A program made the translations under genes and the position numbers. DNA of 63,110 nucleotides, the filler included, from Octopus bimaculoides (Eukaryota): the NCBI RefSeq assembly GCF_001194135.2. It is 7 parts of 7 records of this genome, joined end to end, with 100 filler letters (N's around TTAATTAATTAA, not from the genome) between each part and the next. Parts side by side here need not be neighbours in the genome. Positions count along the whole stretch, not along the records: positions 1 to 21,603 come from NC_068997.1; positions 21,704 to 35,108 come from NC_069006.1; 5 more parts are not named here. One strand, given 5' to 3'. The stretch's first letter is position 1. Each line of letters opens with the position of its first letter. Shown here piece by piece: positions 13,276 to 24,437 of this stretch. The notes below the pieces were generated by a model, which was not told the origin of the DNA, ran no database searches, and saw nothing but the letters and a program-made list of their open reading frames with translations.

Positions 13276-13326
<51 letters not shown>

Positions 13327-15214
13327 CAACTATAATAATGTTTATAAATTGGGCCAAATATATTTTAAAAGGTGTGAACATTATGTTTAAAATAACAACT
13401 GAGTTTATACACAAAGTGTTCTACTGACAAAACTACAACTGCATTTCCCAGTAACTATGTTTAATTTTGCATCTATGTGCCAAACTCTAAACGTTCCAAA
13501 TTCCTTTCATGTTTACACCAAAACTCTTATAGTTGGCTATATATAAATATATAAAAACCAAAATAGAATTGATTCATCTCAGAACTTGTGCAGCGAGAAG
13601 ATGTCAGAGAATCGACACTTCGACACAGATTTCATTCTGAACTGAAGACGTTTTATTTATTCTGTTCACCAAATGCCGTCGGACTAAATCACAACAAATT
13701 ATCGCTACATACACCGCTAATGGCTCTGTGGCATAATGCCTAAGAAATCTAGTATTTGAAGAACAAGTGTTTTTAGTGACAGAATCTCTCGTTTCTATCC
13801 AAAAGTCAATTTTACATTCTCGCAAAATGTGACTCATGCTCGTTGTCTAATGCTGAACGTTAACGATTGTTCCTTCAGTTTATTTTTTAACCCCGGGTCA
13901 GCCCTAGTCAGACAGACTTGTGTCCAAAGACGTTCTACACGTGACATTCCCATCTTTTACATATCTAAGATTATATTGGCCAATGTGTCCTTTCCTAAAA
14001 GTTTGAAGATTTGTCTGCTACTTTTTGCTGGTTGTGCAACTTTATGACGGCTCTCACTCTCTCTCTCTCTCTCTCTTTGGAGCATTTATTAATAGCTGTC
14101 TCAGTCAGATGGATGGTTCGTATACTTTCATGGGTTGTTTATCTTTTATAATAGTACATAAGAAGCATACAAACTATTCGAATAAATGCGACACGTTTAA
14201 AACTGGTTGGAATTTAAAGATCATGGCGACGGATTTCAGTTTGGTGAAAAATTATGTGTATTGAATTACGAGTTCTAAAGTTAACGTAAGTTCTGCCACG
14301 AATGCAATTTGGCAAAAAATATTTTATGTGTGCGATTTTAAACATATATTTTAAAAACTTGGATCATAAATCGGTTAAAACAATCATCAGGCATCACACA
14401 GACTCTCGAAAATGCAATGTTCAGCAAAAAGTTTGCTTGTAAATTCAGCTGATTAATATAAGTAAAGGAAACTATCTCAAATTCTGTAAGAAGCGCATTC
14501 ATCAAATATAGTGTGATAGTTACTTGTACTAAACTGTATCTTTTAAAATAAGAACTGCTTTAATATCAAATCAAATATGGAAATTCTCTAATTATATTTT
14601 CAAATTTTCAATCAATTTATCATTAGAAAAATATTCCATCATATTTAAGCAGAATGTTATTATACCTATCAGTATTAACCATTTGCTTCAATAAAATATA
14701 AATGTTCAGTATTTCTTCTACTTCGTCTCATACAAGCTTTTTATGCAACTCCCGTTCTTCAGAAAGCATAATTTACCAGTAGAAAAAACTACATGGCTGG
14801 GAAGCAATGCTTCTCAACTACAGATTGATATGTATTAATCAAAGTGTACAGTATTATGTATCCATTCTGGCCGATCTTACCACTTGATTTCGCACTACGT
14901 ATTAAACCGGACGTTAGATAACAGCTCGGTTAAGTAATACCATGTGCTCGTTAGAGGAAACAGCTATTGAAAAATAGTGTGCATGCAGTATGTATGTATG
15001 TATGTATGTATTTATGTATGTATGTATGTATACACATACACTCAGTGTATAGAAGTGGCTATAATCCAAGCTATGTCCTCGCGAAGTATATCTGCACATT
15101 TTAGTAGTCAGATCTATGTATCTAGATGTTCTATTTTAAATGAGAATTTTAATTCCATACTACAGGTGTTTCGTTACAGTGTAGGAAATATATTATGGAA
15201 ATAAATAAATAAAT

Positions 15215-16255
15215 ATGGACTGCAATTTGAGCGAAATAAGGAAGATTGACAGGAAAATCCGTAAGCTGCAGACTTGCAATAAGATGCACCACCCAAAGGC
15301 AGACACAGATCGTCTTTACCTTTCTAGAGCTCAAAGAGGTCGAGGCTTGATCCTTTTTGAAATTTCTTACAAAACCACCGCAAGTGGACTGGGAAAATAT
15401 CTTGAAACATCTTACGACTGGATGCTAAAGTTCGTTGAAGAGACTTAGGTAGGTTCATTCTGTTGCCAAGGAGAGCAAAAAATTTGCTAATGAGTTCATG
15501 CATAATACCCAGGTTGAACAGCATGATGGAAGTGCAGCAACTGTTGTTGCAATGAAGATGAAAGGAACGGTAAAGCAAAAAGCGTTTGAACAATTGGCTG
15601 ATAGAGGAACAACAATCTCGGCATCGCGAATATGTGGTCCGTGGCAAACAAGCTGATGTAGACCAGAAGCACACCCAACAATGGCTACGGAGCTCAGGGC
15701 TAAATGCAGAGAGTGAAGGCTTTATCTTGGCTGCTCAAGATCAGAGCTTATCGACCCGGAACTACAAAGCCAATGTGAGGAAAAATGGTGGAGATCCAAA
15801 GTGCCGATACTGCAACGATGGGATAGAAACAGTGGACCACCTAATCTTTTGGTGTAGGGTTTTAACGCCTGTAGGGTTCAAATCAAGACATGACAGAGTT
15901 GGTCAATATCTACATTGGATAGTGTGTCAGCATCATAAAATCAAAACTGCTAACAAATGGTACAGGCACCACCCCGAGGCTATAACTGAGGGAGAAAATG
16001 TAACTATTCCCTGGGACTTCCCAGTATGTACAGACCAAGTCATCAAAGCAAACAAACCAGATATTATTGTGAAAGACCAAAACAATAAAGTCTATTTATT
16101 GATCGACATGAGCATATCATGTGACCATAACATCTAGACAAAAGAATTTGAGGAACTCAGAAAATATAAAGATTTGCTAATCGAAATCGAAAAGATGTGG
16201 CATTTCAGGACGGTTGCAATACCAGTAATTGTAGGAGCACTTGGAATGATCAAAA
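15215..16255 (+). mobile_element. R4/Dong-clade non-LTR retrotransposon fragment (post-RT, CCHC and RLE domains)
   Basis: Reads MHHPKADTDRLYLSRAQRGRGL, ESEGFILAAQDQSLSTRNY, CRYC..GIETVDHLIFWC, RHDRVGQYLHW, ANKPDIIVKD...LIDMSISCD and KYKDLLIEIEKMW...IPVIVGALG. Confidence 0.9.
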
Positions 16256-16545
16256 AAGAATTCCTCTTACTCCTGGTGGAGTAAGAGGAATTCTTGGAAC
16301 GAAGACGTCATCATTTTTTCCACATCCAGAAAGAAGGATAGCCTCGATAACCTTTGACATCATTTTCTTTATCACCAGTCGTGTTCCATTGCAAAGTCTT
16401 GGTGGTTCCAGATTGCGGAGTAACATTACAGGAGTTCCAACTTTAAGTGCTAATATGTGGGGACGTAGTCCAGGAGGCTCCAACGAATTGAGAAATTCAG
16501 GAGGATAGTTCACCACTTCATTTTTATATGGAATTGTATCAACAG
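16256..16545 (-). mobile_element. Helitron PIF1-helicase fragment
   Basis: Reads YPPEFLNSLEPPGLRPHILALKVGTPVMLLRNLEPPRLCNGTRLVIKKM..KVIEAILLSGCGKNDDVFVPRIPL, the characteristic Helitron helicase C-terminal block. Confidence 0.9.
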
Positions 16546-16662
16546 ACTTGTTCCCGATCCGACTCAGGTGTAGCAGGCGGCCGGGGACCCGAAAGATGGA
16601 AATCCACGCTCGGTCGGGACGAAACCAGAGGAAATTCTGGAAGTCCAAAGTGCCTCTGACGT
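16546..16662 (-). mobile_element. Possible L1/Tx1-type RT fragment
   Basis: WFRPDRAWISIF resembles the L1/Tx1 motif GFGP.F..WI..LY. The piece is short and cut by a gap. Confidence 0.35.
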
Positions 16663-18137
16663 NNNNNNNNNNNNNNNNNNNNNNNNNNNNNNNNNNNNNN
16701 NNNNNNNNNNNNNNNNNNNNNNNNNNNNNNNNNNNNNNNNNNNNNNNNNNNNNNNNNNNNNNNNNNNNNNNNNNNNNNNNNNNNNNNNNNNNNNNNNNNN
16801 NNNNNNNNNNNNNNNNNNNNNNNNNNNNNNNNNNNNNNNNNNNNNNNNNNNNNNNNNNNNNNNNNNNNNNNNNNNNNNNNNNNNNNNNNNNNNNNNNNNN
16901 NNNNNNNNNNNNNNNNNNNNNNNNNNNNNNNNNNNNNNNNNNNNNNNNNNNNNNNNNNNNNNNNNNNNNNNNNNNNNNNNNNNNNNNNNNNNNNNNNNNN
17001 NNNNNNNNNNNNNNNNNNNNNNNNNNNNNNNNNNNNNNNNNNNNNNNNNNNNNNNNNNNNNNNNNNNNNNNNNNNNNNNNNNNNNNNNNNNNNNNNNNNN
17101 NNNNNNNNNNNNNNNNNNNNNNNNNNNNNNNNNNNNNNNNNNNNNNNNNNNNNNNNNNNNNNNNNNNNNNNNNNNNNNNNNNNNNNNNNNNNNNNNNNNN
17201 NNNNNNNNNNNNNNNNNNNNNNNNNNNNNNNNNNNNNNNNNNNNNNNNNNNNNNNNNNNNNNNNNNNNNNNNNNNNNNNNNNNNNNNNNNNNNNNNNNNN
17301 NNNNNNNNNNNNNNNNNNNNNNNNNNNNNNNNNNNNNNNNNNNNNNNNNNNNNNNNNNNNNNNNNNNNNNNNNNNNNNNNNNNNNNNNNNNNNNNNNNNN
17401 NNNNNNNNNNNNNNNNNNNNNNNNNNNNNNNNNNNNNNNNNNNNNNNNNNNNNNNNNNNNNNNNNNNNNNNNNNNNNNNNNNNNNNNNNNNNNNNNNNNN
17501 NNNNNNNNNNNNNNNNNNNNNNNNNNNNNNNNNNNNNNNNNNNNNNNNNNNNNNNNNNNNNNNNNNNNNNNNNNNNNNNNNNNAGTTTTTGGTTTGTAGG
17601 GTCGACCGCGTCCGCTTCATTTTTTGTTAATCACTCATTTTCATTTAATTGTATATATTTTAATTGTTTATTTATTCATACGTTTCGTCTCATTCGATAC
17701 CCTGACCCCAATGTTTGTTTCGTCTGTCCTCGTATCGTCCCCTCTTTTTCTCAACCTCATGGTTAATAAAGAAAATGGTCTAACGATATGAATTTTCCGA
17801 GTCCTCTCCTCCACCCCCCGTTCGCGAGCGCGCATTTATTTTTCATATTCGTTTACAGCAAATTGTGTTACACCTATTACACTATTTTGTTTTCGTTTCT
17901 TTTTTTTTTTTTTGCTCGGGTCAAATCCTTTAGTTTGACCCTTTCCCCTCCCCCCATCTTTTCCCCCAACTTTCTGGCTGTTCTCACCGCGTTCAAAATT
18001 TACTTTATTTTCTGTAATATATATATATATATTTTACTTGGGTCTGGTCGTTTATCTTGCCAATTAAACACGCACGCACACGCACGCACGTATGCAAAAT
18101 AAAACTTGAAATTTTGTAGAGATATATATGTTATCAG

Positions 18138-18426
18138 TGGTACTACTAAAGCAGCGCGGACCCGAACGCGCAGTCGCGCAGTCGCGCAGTCGCGCAGTCG
18201 CGCGTCCGCGCTAGCTAGTCGTGAGTGGTCGATCCTAACCCTAACCCTAAACACGTATTCATTTGCACACGCGAGTTAGGGATAGGGTTAGGGTTAGGGT
18301 TAGGGACAGGGTTAGGGTTAGGGTTAGGGATAGGGTTAGGGTTAGGATCGACCACTCAAGACTAGCTAGCGCGGATGCGCGACTGCGCGACTGCGCGTTC
18401 GGGTCCGCGCTGCTTTAGTAGTACCA
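18138..18426. mobile_element. Fold-back (MITE-like) element with internal telomeric repeats and a 7-bp TSD
   Basis: The termini TGGTACTACTAAAGCAGCGCGGACCCGAAC and GTTCGGGTCCGCGCTGCTTTAGTAGTACCA are perfect inverted repeats. Direct repeats TTATCAG flank it at 18131-18137 and 18427-18433. (CCCTAA)n and (TTAGGG)n lie inside. Confidence 0.9.
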
Positions 18427-19546
18427 TTATCAGTTTCCGAATATAGGTCTGCACCTCGCCAATTTTTTTTTTTCCATATTAAATTCCAATATAACAGTAA
18501 TCTACATTATCAGAAGGATAGTTGCAGAGAATACCATTACAAAAATATCTATTTTTCTGAAAGTTCTAAGGAAACAAAATCGGAAGAGGGCATTCTTGTG
18601 CAGTTACACCCCATTTTAAATATGTTGATGTCGAAAACCGTTAAACTTTATTATTTGCTTGTTATGTTTGTTTACATAATTTTTATTACATTTTTTCAGT
18701 CTACAAAAATATTTGAACAGTTACCTCCCCCTTGTTTATTTTTCGTCTCAGTTGTTTTGTCTCCAGTAGGTGTCGCTAGAGGGCATGCAGCAGCAGCAGC
18801 AGCGCCATCGATCAAAGGGGAGATAAACACAAGTTGATAAAAACTCTCCAAACTCCGAAGTTGTCCGAGCAACGATGGAGGAGCGAAGCACCTTTAAGAT
18901 TCCTGTTTAAAAAACCCACACAAGCTGGCCACCGTCTGCATTTAAATACGCCGTACTATATATATATATATATATATATATGGCTGGTGGTAACCAACAG
19001 AACGAAATACTGAACCTTCCGCAACTGATGCCAATTATTTAAAATGAAATAAGAATTATGTAAAACACAGACAAGCTCTCAAAGCATTCTCTTTGATGCT
19101 GTCTTCCATCTCTTGAAATATTTCGTTTGTAAACTTTACCAGGAGGAGAAGGAATATTCATTCTTGCCAATCTTCTAATTTACTAGACTTTTGTGAAGAA
19201 TTACTTGCTGGCTTTAGTTTGTTTGTTAGAATTATTCGGTTTGTGTGTGGTTGTTGTTTTATTCATGTTTTAAGGTAAATCAATTTTATTTTGTTCTTAA
19301 CTTCATTTAAATTTTGTTAAGATGTTTTGGGAGAGGAGCAACGGGGAAAAATAACTTTTAGGTAGATCTACACTTGTATTCTTGATGTTGCTCAAGGACT
19401 CGCACCTTACTAAGTTACTTTTTTACCTCAGTTTGTTTGTTTGTTTGTTTGGAGATGCATAAAAAGTAATTTTTTCTCTCCCCTTCTCGTTTAACAAGTA
19501 AGCAAACATCTCCTGTAGTCATAAATATATTTATAAATGGTGGTGT

Positions 19547-21228
19547 ATGTTCGTAATGGAGTCTAAAGTAGTAGATGCCCAAAACCAGCATTCAGCAGCA
19601 GTTGGTAACAGTTCTAGGAACAGCAATAGTAGTAGTGGTAATACAACTGCTTCTGCCACTAGTAGTAGTAGTAGTAGTAACAACAGCAATAGTAGTAGTG
19701 GTGGTAATAATAGCAATAATGTTGGTATAAACAACAATAGTTCTTTGGGATGTCCCCCGAACAACAGTGTCAGCAGTAGTAACATGAATAATAACAACAA
19801 CAACAACAGCCGTACCACCACCACAAATAATTCTGTAACAAACCAAACTAACAGCTGCAACAAGAAAAACCGGGAAGTTATCAATAATTCTGATGACCAA
19901 TGCTCGACTATTTCTTCAAGTAAGATCGATAACGTGTGTTCGTCTTCGGACTTAGTAAACACGGCCCGCAGCAATGCAACTCCTTCGAAGTTACAAAAAC
20001 CAAAAAGTGACTCAAACCAAACGGATTGTAATATACGGGAATCTGTGGACGATAATTGTGAAAGCTCATCCTCTGTTACAAACCTATTTTCGTCGGTTTC
20101 GGGATTCTCTCAGTTGCATCCAACTGCTTCAAATGATGCCACACACCTAAACTCTTGTTTCAACCACTGCACAAATACTTCATCTGTATCAAACTCGAAT
20201 CCTTGTTCCTATTCAGTGCCTTTTTCTGATTCGAACACACACCGTCCGATAAGTGGAGGAGCAGCTGCGAACCCATCGCTATCCCGCGCTGCTGGCAATT
20301 CAAGCACAAGCGGGGGCCCTTATAACTGGCAGGCCTCCAAGATATCTGTCCGAGAACGACTGGCTTACCTCTACAACAATGATGTTATGAGCGATGTAAA
20401 GTTCCGTGTTGGCAAGTCTCCTGACTCGCAGATAATCCCAGCGCACAAGTTTGTACTCTCTGTTGGCAGTGCTGTCTTCGATGCTCTTTTCAACTGGATG
20501 AAAACCAGTAACTACACACACGAAAACCTGATTGATATTCCTGATGTGGAGCCGAGCGCCTTCTTGGCTTTGTTGCGATTCCTCTATTGCGACGAAGTCC
20601 AAATTAATCCCGAAACCGTCATGACGACTCTGTATGCTGCTAAAAAATACTCTGTGCCAGCACTGGAGAAGGAATGTGTTGAGTTTTTGAAAGGTAACCT
20701 CTCCAGTGACAATGCCTTTTTGTTGCTCAGCCAAGCGAGACTGTTTGATGAGTCACATTTAGCTTCACTCTGTCTGGAAACTATTGATAAAAATACTTCG
20801 GAGGCCCTCGCGGCTGAAGGCTTCACAGATATAGATCTCGACACAATGGCCGTAGTTCTTGAAAGGGACTCTTTAGGAATCCGTGAATGCAAGCTGTTCA
20901 CGGCGGTTTGTCGTTGGGCTGAAGCAGAATGTCTCCGACAAAATCTGACAGTTACGCCAGCTAACCAAAGGAAGGTTCTTGGTAAGGCACTTCACCTTAT
21001 CAGATTCCCACTGATGTCTGTTGAGGAGTTTGCTAGGGACTCTGCTCAATCTGGTATCCTTTTAGATAGAGAAGTTGTAGATCTTTTCCTATACTTTATC
21101 AGTTCAAAACCAACCTCCAGCTTTTCAGATGTGCCCCGTTGCAGTTTGACTGGCAAAGAACAAGTGATATCACGTTTCTGTCAAATTGAGAGCCGATGGG
21201 GTTACAGCGGTACAAGTGATAGAATCAG
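19547..21228 (+). CDS. BTBD2: BTB/POZ-BACK-PHR protein (BTBD1/BTBD2 type), first coding exon, 3'-partial
   Basis: Reads [28 protein letters not shown]...[19 protein letters not shown]...[36 protein letters not shown]...[11 protein letters not shown]...[14 protein letters not shown], which matches BTBD1/2 rather than BTBD3/6. The donor AG|GTCAGT follows 21228 (phase 2). The best Kozak ATG is at 19556. Confidence 0.95.
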
Positions 21229-21603
21229 GTCAGTCACATTTTCTCTTTTACATCAATCGATTCTACACACATTGCTCCAATATTTTTCATTACTTTACGT
21301 TGTTGACATTATTTACACACACACACACACACACATATCTATCTATCTATCTATATATATATATATATATATATACACCAACATTTGACGAGGGAAATAT
21401 TCTTTATAAACGTTTATTTAGGAACCTTATAACGACTCCCTCATGGAAACATTTTCCCTAATTTTCGAAACTTGAGAAACTAAAATGGACAAATTAGATT
21501 TCTATGAAAATCGAGTTAAACACCAAAGTAGAAATTCCATTGAATAACCCTAACCCTAACACTAGTTTTGTGAGATTTGGCTGTTATATCTAGCATGTAA
21601 ATA

Positions 21604-21703
21604 NNNNNNNNNNNNNNNNNNNNNNNNNNNNNNNNNNNNNNNNNNNNTTAATTAATTAANNNNNNNNNNNNNNNNNNNNNNNNNNNNNNNNNNNNNNNNN
21701 NNN
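21604..21703. other. Artificial scaffold linker (44 N + TTAATTAATTAA + 44 N)
   Basis: The 12-mer has stops in all six frames, and the same construct occurs six times in the window. Confidence 0.95.
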
Positions 21704-22590
21704 CAAGTAATTTTGTTTCGTCGACTGTATTTGATTCAAACAGTTTATTCACTTCCTGAACATGTTTTAAAATTGGATGCAAAAATAAAAGGTAAAGTTC
21801 ATTCCTAGAATCACAAAACATTTCATATAACGTTTGTGCTGTAAAGCATCTTTCTTTTGTAGTTGTAGTTTGGAAGTGAGTTTGCAATTCAAACCATTGG
21901 CTTAAAATTCTATTTACCACTGGTTCTATTGACAGCCATTAAGTTGTACAAGAATTCACAATCTTCAAAGGCTCTTTATCATTGATAGCAAGGTAAAGTT
22001 GTTTGTAGGCACTTTGTCTTGTTGAAGAATGAGAGGACCATTTATAGGTTTTGGATACTAAAAACTCTAAATTTATGGGCAAGCATTCAATACAACTGTA
22101 AAGAACAACATACACAACTAAATAGAAATAATGATGGAACTTCTTTTAATTTCTGGAAAACACCTTTGGTGACTCCTATCATTACTCTAGCATTGTCGAT
22201 TCCTATAGCCAGTAAATTTTTTATATCTAATTTCTTTTTCGCTAATTCAATTTTTAAGGCATATACAATGCCATCTGCATCACATGTTTCTAAAGATAAC
22301 ATACTGAAATATATATGTACCACTTTTTTATGAGTGTCACTATAATATATAACAATTCCTAACAAATTGTTTATTGATATATCATTTGGATTCATCTAAC
22401 AACAGGCTAAATTTTCTATCTCCCATATCAGAAATCAATTCTCCATCAAAATATGGAGCTAGAATATTTCTCACAATATTTGCACATTTTGTATGATGCA
22501 ACTTCATTTTGGATATAATATCTCTATGAGACATATAATTCTTACATAACTCTATTAAGTGATCACAGCTATTAAATGATGAGTGGCAAC
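21704..22590 (-). mobile_element. hAT transposase fragment, degraded
   Basis: Reads KMKLHHTKCANIVRNILAPYF...KFSLLLDES (first catalytic Asp), LGIVIYY...FSMLSLETCDADGI, LLAIGIDNARVMIG..KGVFQKLK..PSLFLFSCVCCSL and YEMFCDSRNELYLLFLHPIL. Confidence 0.85.
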
Positions 22591-22594
22591 AAAT

Positions 22595-22663
22595 AAACAT
22601 TTGTTACGGGGACGTAAACACACCAGCATCGGTTGTCAGGCGATGTTGGGGGGACAAACACAG

Positions 22664-22708
<45 letters not shown>

Positions 22709-22732
22709 CGACGGGCTTCTTTCAGTTTCCGT
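22595..22732 (-). mobile_element. SINE family D (CORE-like) fragment
   Basis: Reads GGGGACGTAAACACACCAGCATCGGTTGTCA...ACGACGGGCTTCTTTCAGTTTCCGT, shared with 36078, 50475 and 58830. Confidence 0.8.
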
Positions 22733-23511
22733 NNNNNNNNNNNNNNNNNNNNNNNNNNNNNNNNNNNNNNNNNNNNNNNNNNNNNNNNNNNNNNNNNNNN
22801 NNNNNNNNNNNNNNNNNNNNNNNNNNNNNNNNNNNNNNNNNNNNNNNNNNNNNNNNNNNNNNNNNNNNNNNNNNNNNNNNNNNNNNNNNNNNNNNNNNNN
22901 NNNNNNNNNNNNNNNNNNNNNNNNNNNNNNNNNNNNNNNNNNNNNNNNNNNNNNNNNNNNNNNNNNNNNNNNNNNNNNNNNNNNNNNNNNNNNNNNNNNN
23001 NNNNNNNNNNNNNNNNNNNNNNNNNNNNNNNNNNNNNNNNNNNNNNNNNNNNNNNNNNNNNNNNNNNNNNNNNNNNNNNNNNNNNNNNNNNNNNNNNNNN
23101 NNNNNNNNNNNNNNNNNNNNNNNNNNNNNNNNNNNNNNNNNNNNNNNNNNNNNNNNNNNNNNNNNNNNNNNNNNNNNNNNNNNNNNNNNNNNNNNNNNNN
23201 NNNNNNNNNNNNNNNNNNNNNNNNNNNNNNNNNNNNNNNNNNNNNNNNNNNNNNNNNNNNNNNNNNNNNNNNNNNNNNNNNNNNNNNNNNNNNNNNNNNN
23301 NNNNNNNNNNNNNNNNNNNNNNNNNNNNNNNNNNNNNNNNNNNNNNNNNNNNNNNNNNNNNNNNNNNNNNNNNNNNNNNNNNNNNNNNNNNNTTAAAAAA
23401 AAAAAAGAAGATTTTTGCCATGTCTTAATAGTTCTGAATTAAACCAAGAACTAGTCATAAATTCCATCACAGAGAGAAATAATAATAATAAAGACATCAA
23501 ATACAGAAAAG

Positions 23512-23550
<39 letters not shown>

Positions 23551-24242
23551 ACGAGAAGTTACCGAAATGTATAATGAAGAACTCAACAGAGAAAAGATGA
23601 AACCTGGGCATCACATCACATTGAAGATCAGTGAATTTCTTGAAAAATGTTGATATTTATAGAATGAAAGTCATATTCACACTTCCACAAAAGAGTCACA
23701 CTTTTTGATTAATTTCAACCCGAAATGTGTCTTCTATGCTTTTTCTTCTTTTTTCAGTTTAAAAAAAAACCCCATTAAACTGATGATTACGAATGGATGC
23801 TGGCAGTTACAATAAGGAGAACAATGTTATTTACTTTGAACAAACTAAGATTATCGTTATTACTATGGTCAACATACACACGCACATTACACACACACAC
23901 ACACACATGCACACACATTACATACACATTATGTATGTGCATATAACAAGAATTCTCTTGATTGCATTATTGTATACTGCAAAATGGTGGTGGAGAGCAG
24001 CAAAAATTTAAAGGTTAATGCATTTAAGTATGGGTTATGAAAATGCAGTGCAGTTTGTTTAGCAAATGAGATGTGATTATTTCGGATGAGTTTGTTGAAT
24101 TAAAAAAATTGGTAAAAAAAGTTTTCTGTTAAAATTTAAAAGTTACATAAACTTTTGAGAAGTCTTTTTTTTTTTTTTTGAGGGGATGGGATTAAAAGAA
24201 CATTTTTAAAATTTTTATTATTGCATTTTTTTTTTCTTGTTT

Positions 24243-24437
24243 TTAGAAGTTGTCTTTCAAAGAATTAATCCTGGCACAGATTTTCAATGCTGGCCCCAGC
24301 TTCATGTTCATGGCAGTCATCAAATGATCTTCTTTCAGAAGAAGCAATGCCTGGCCATCAATTTCTTGAGAGCGAAACTCTTCCGCATACGCCGTACAGC
24401 CTGGCATTGACTTAATAAAATCAAAGACTTTCTGAAC
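24243..24437 (-). CDS. ph: Polyhomeotic-like protein, last coding exon (SAM domain)
   Basis: Acceptor TTTTATTTTCAG|GTT, then VQKVFDFIKSMPGCTAYAEEFRSQEIDGQALLLLKEDHLMTAMNMKLGPALKICARINSLKDNF*. This is nearly identical to the PHC1-3/Ph SAM domain. Confidence 0.95.
   Translation of the reverse strand, partial: VQKVFDFIKSMPGCTAYAEEFRSQEIDGQALLLLKEDHLMTAMNMKLGPALKICARINSLKDNF

Noticed and set aside
18234-18346. TTAGGG tract as a real telomere or chromosome-fusion scar
   Set aside because: It is short and enclosed by TIRs and a TSD. The orientation (CCCTAA then TTAGGG) is also opposite to that of an end-to-end fusion.
21229-21388. C-terminal 53 aa of the 613-aa ORF (SVTFSLLHQ...YIYIYTNI)
   Set aside because: This is intron read-through past the donor at 21228 into (CA)n/(TA)n repeats. 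Homology to BTBD1/2 stops exactly at the donor.
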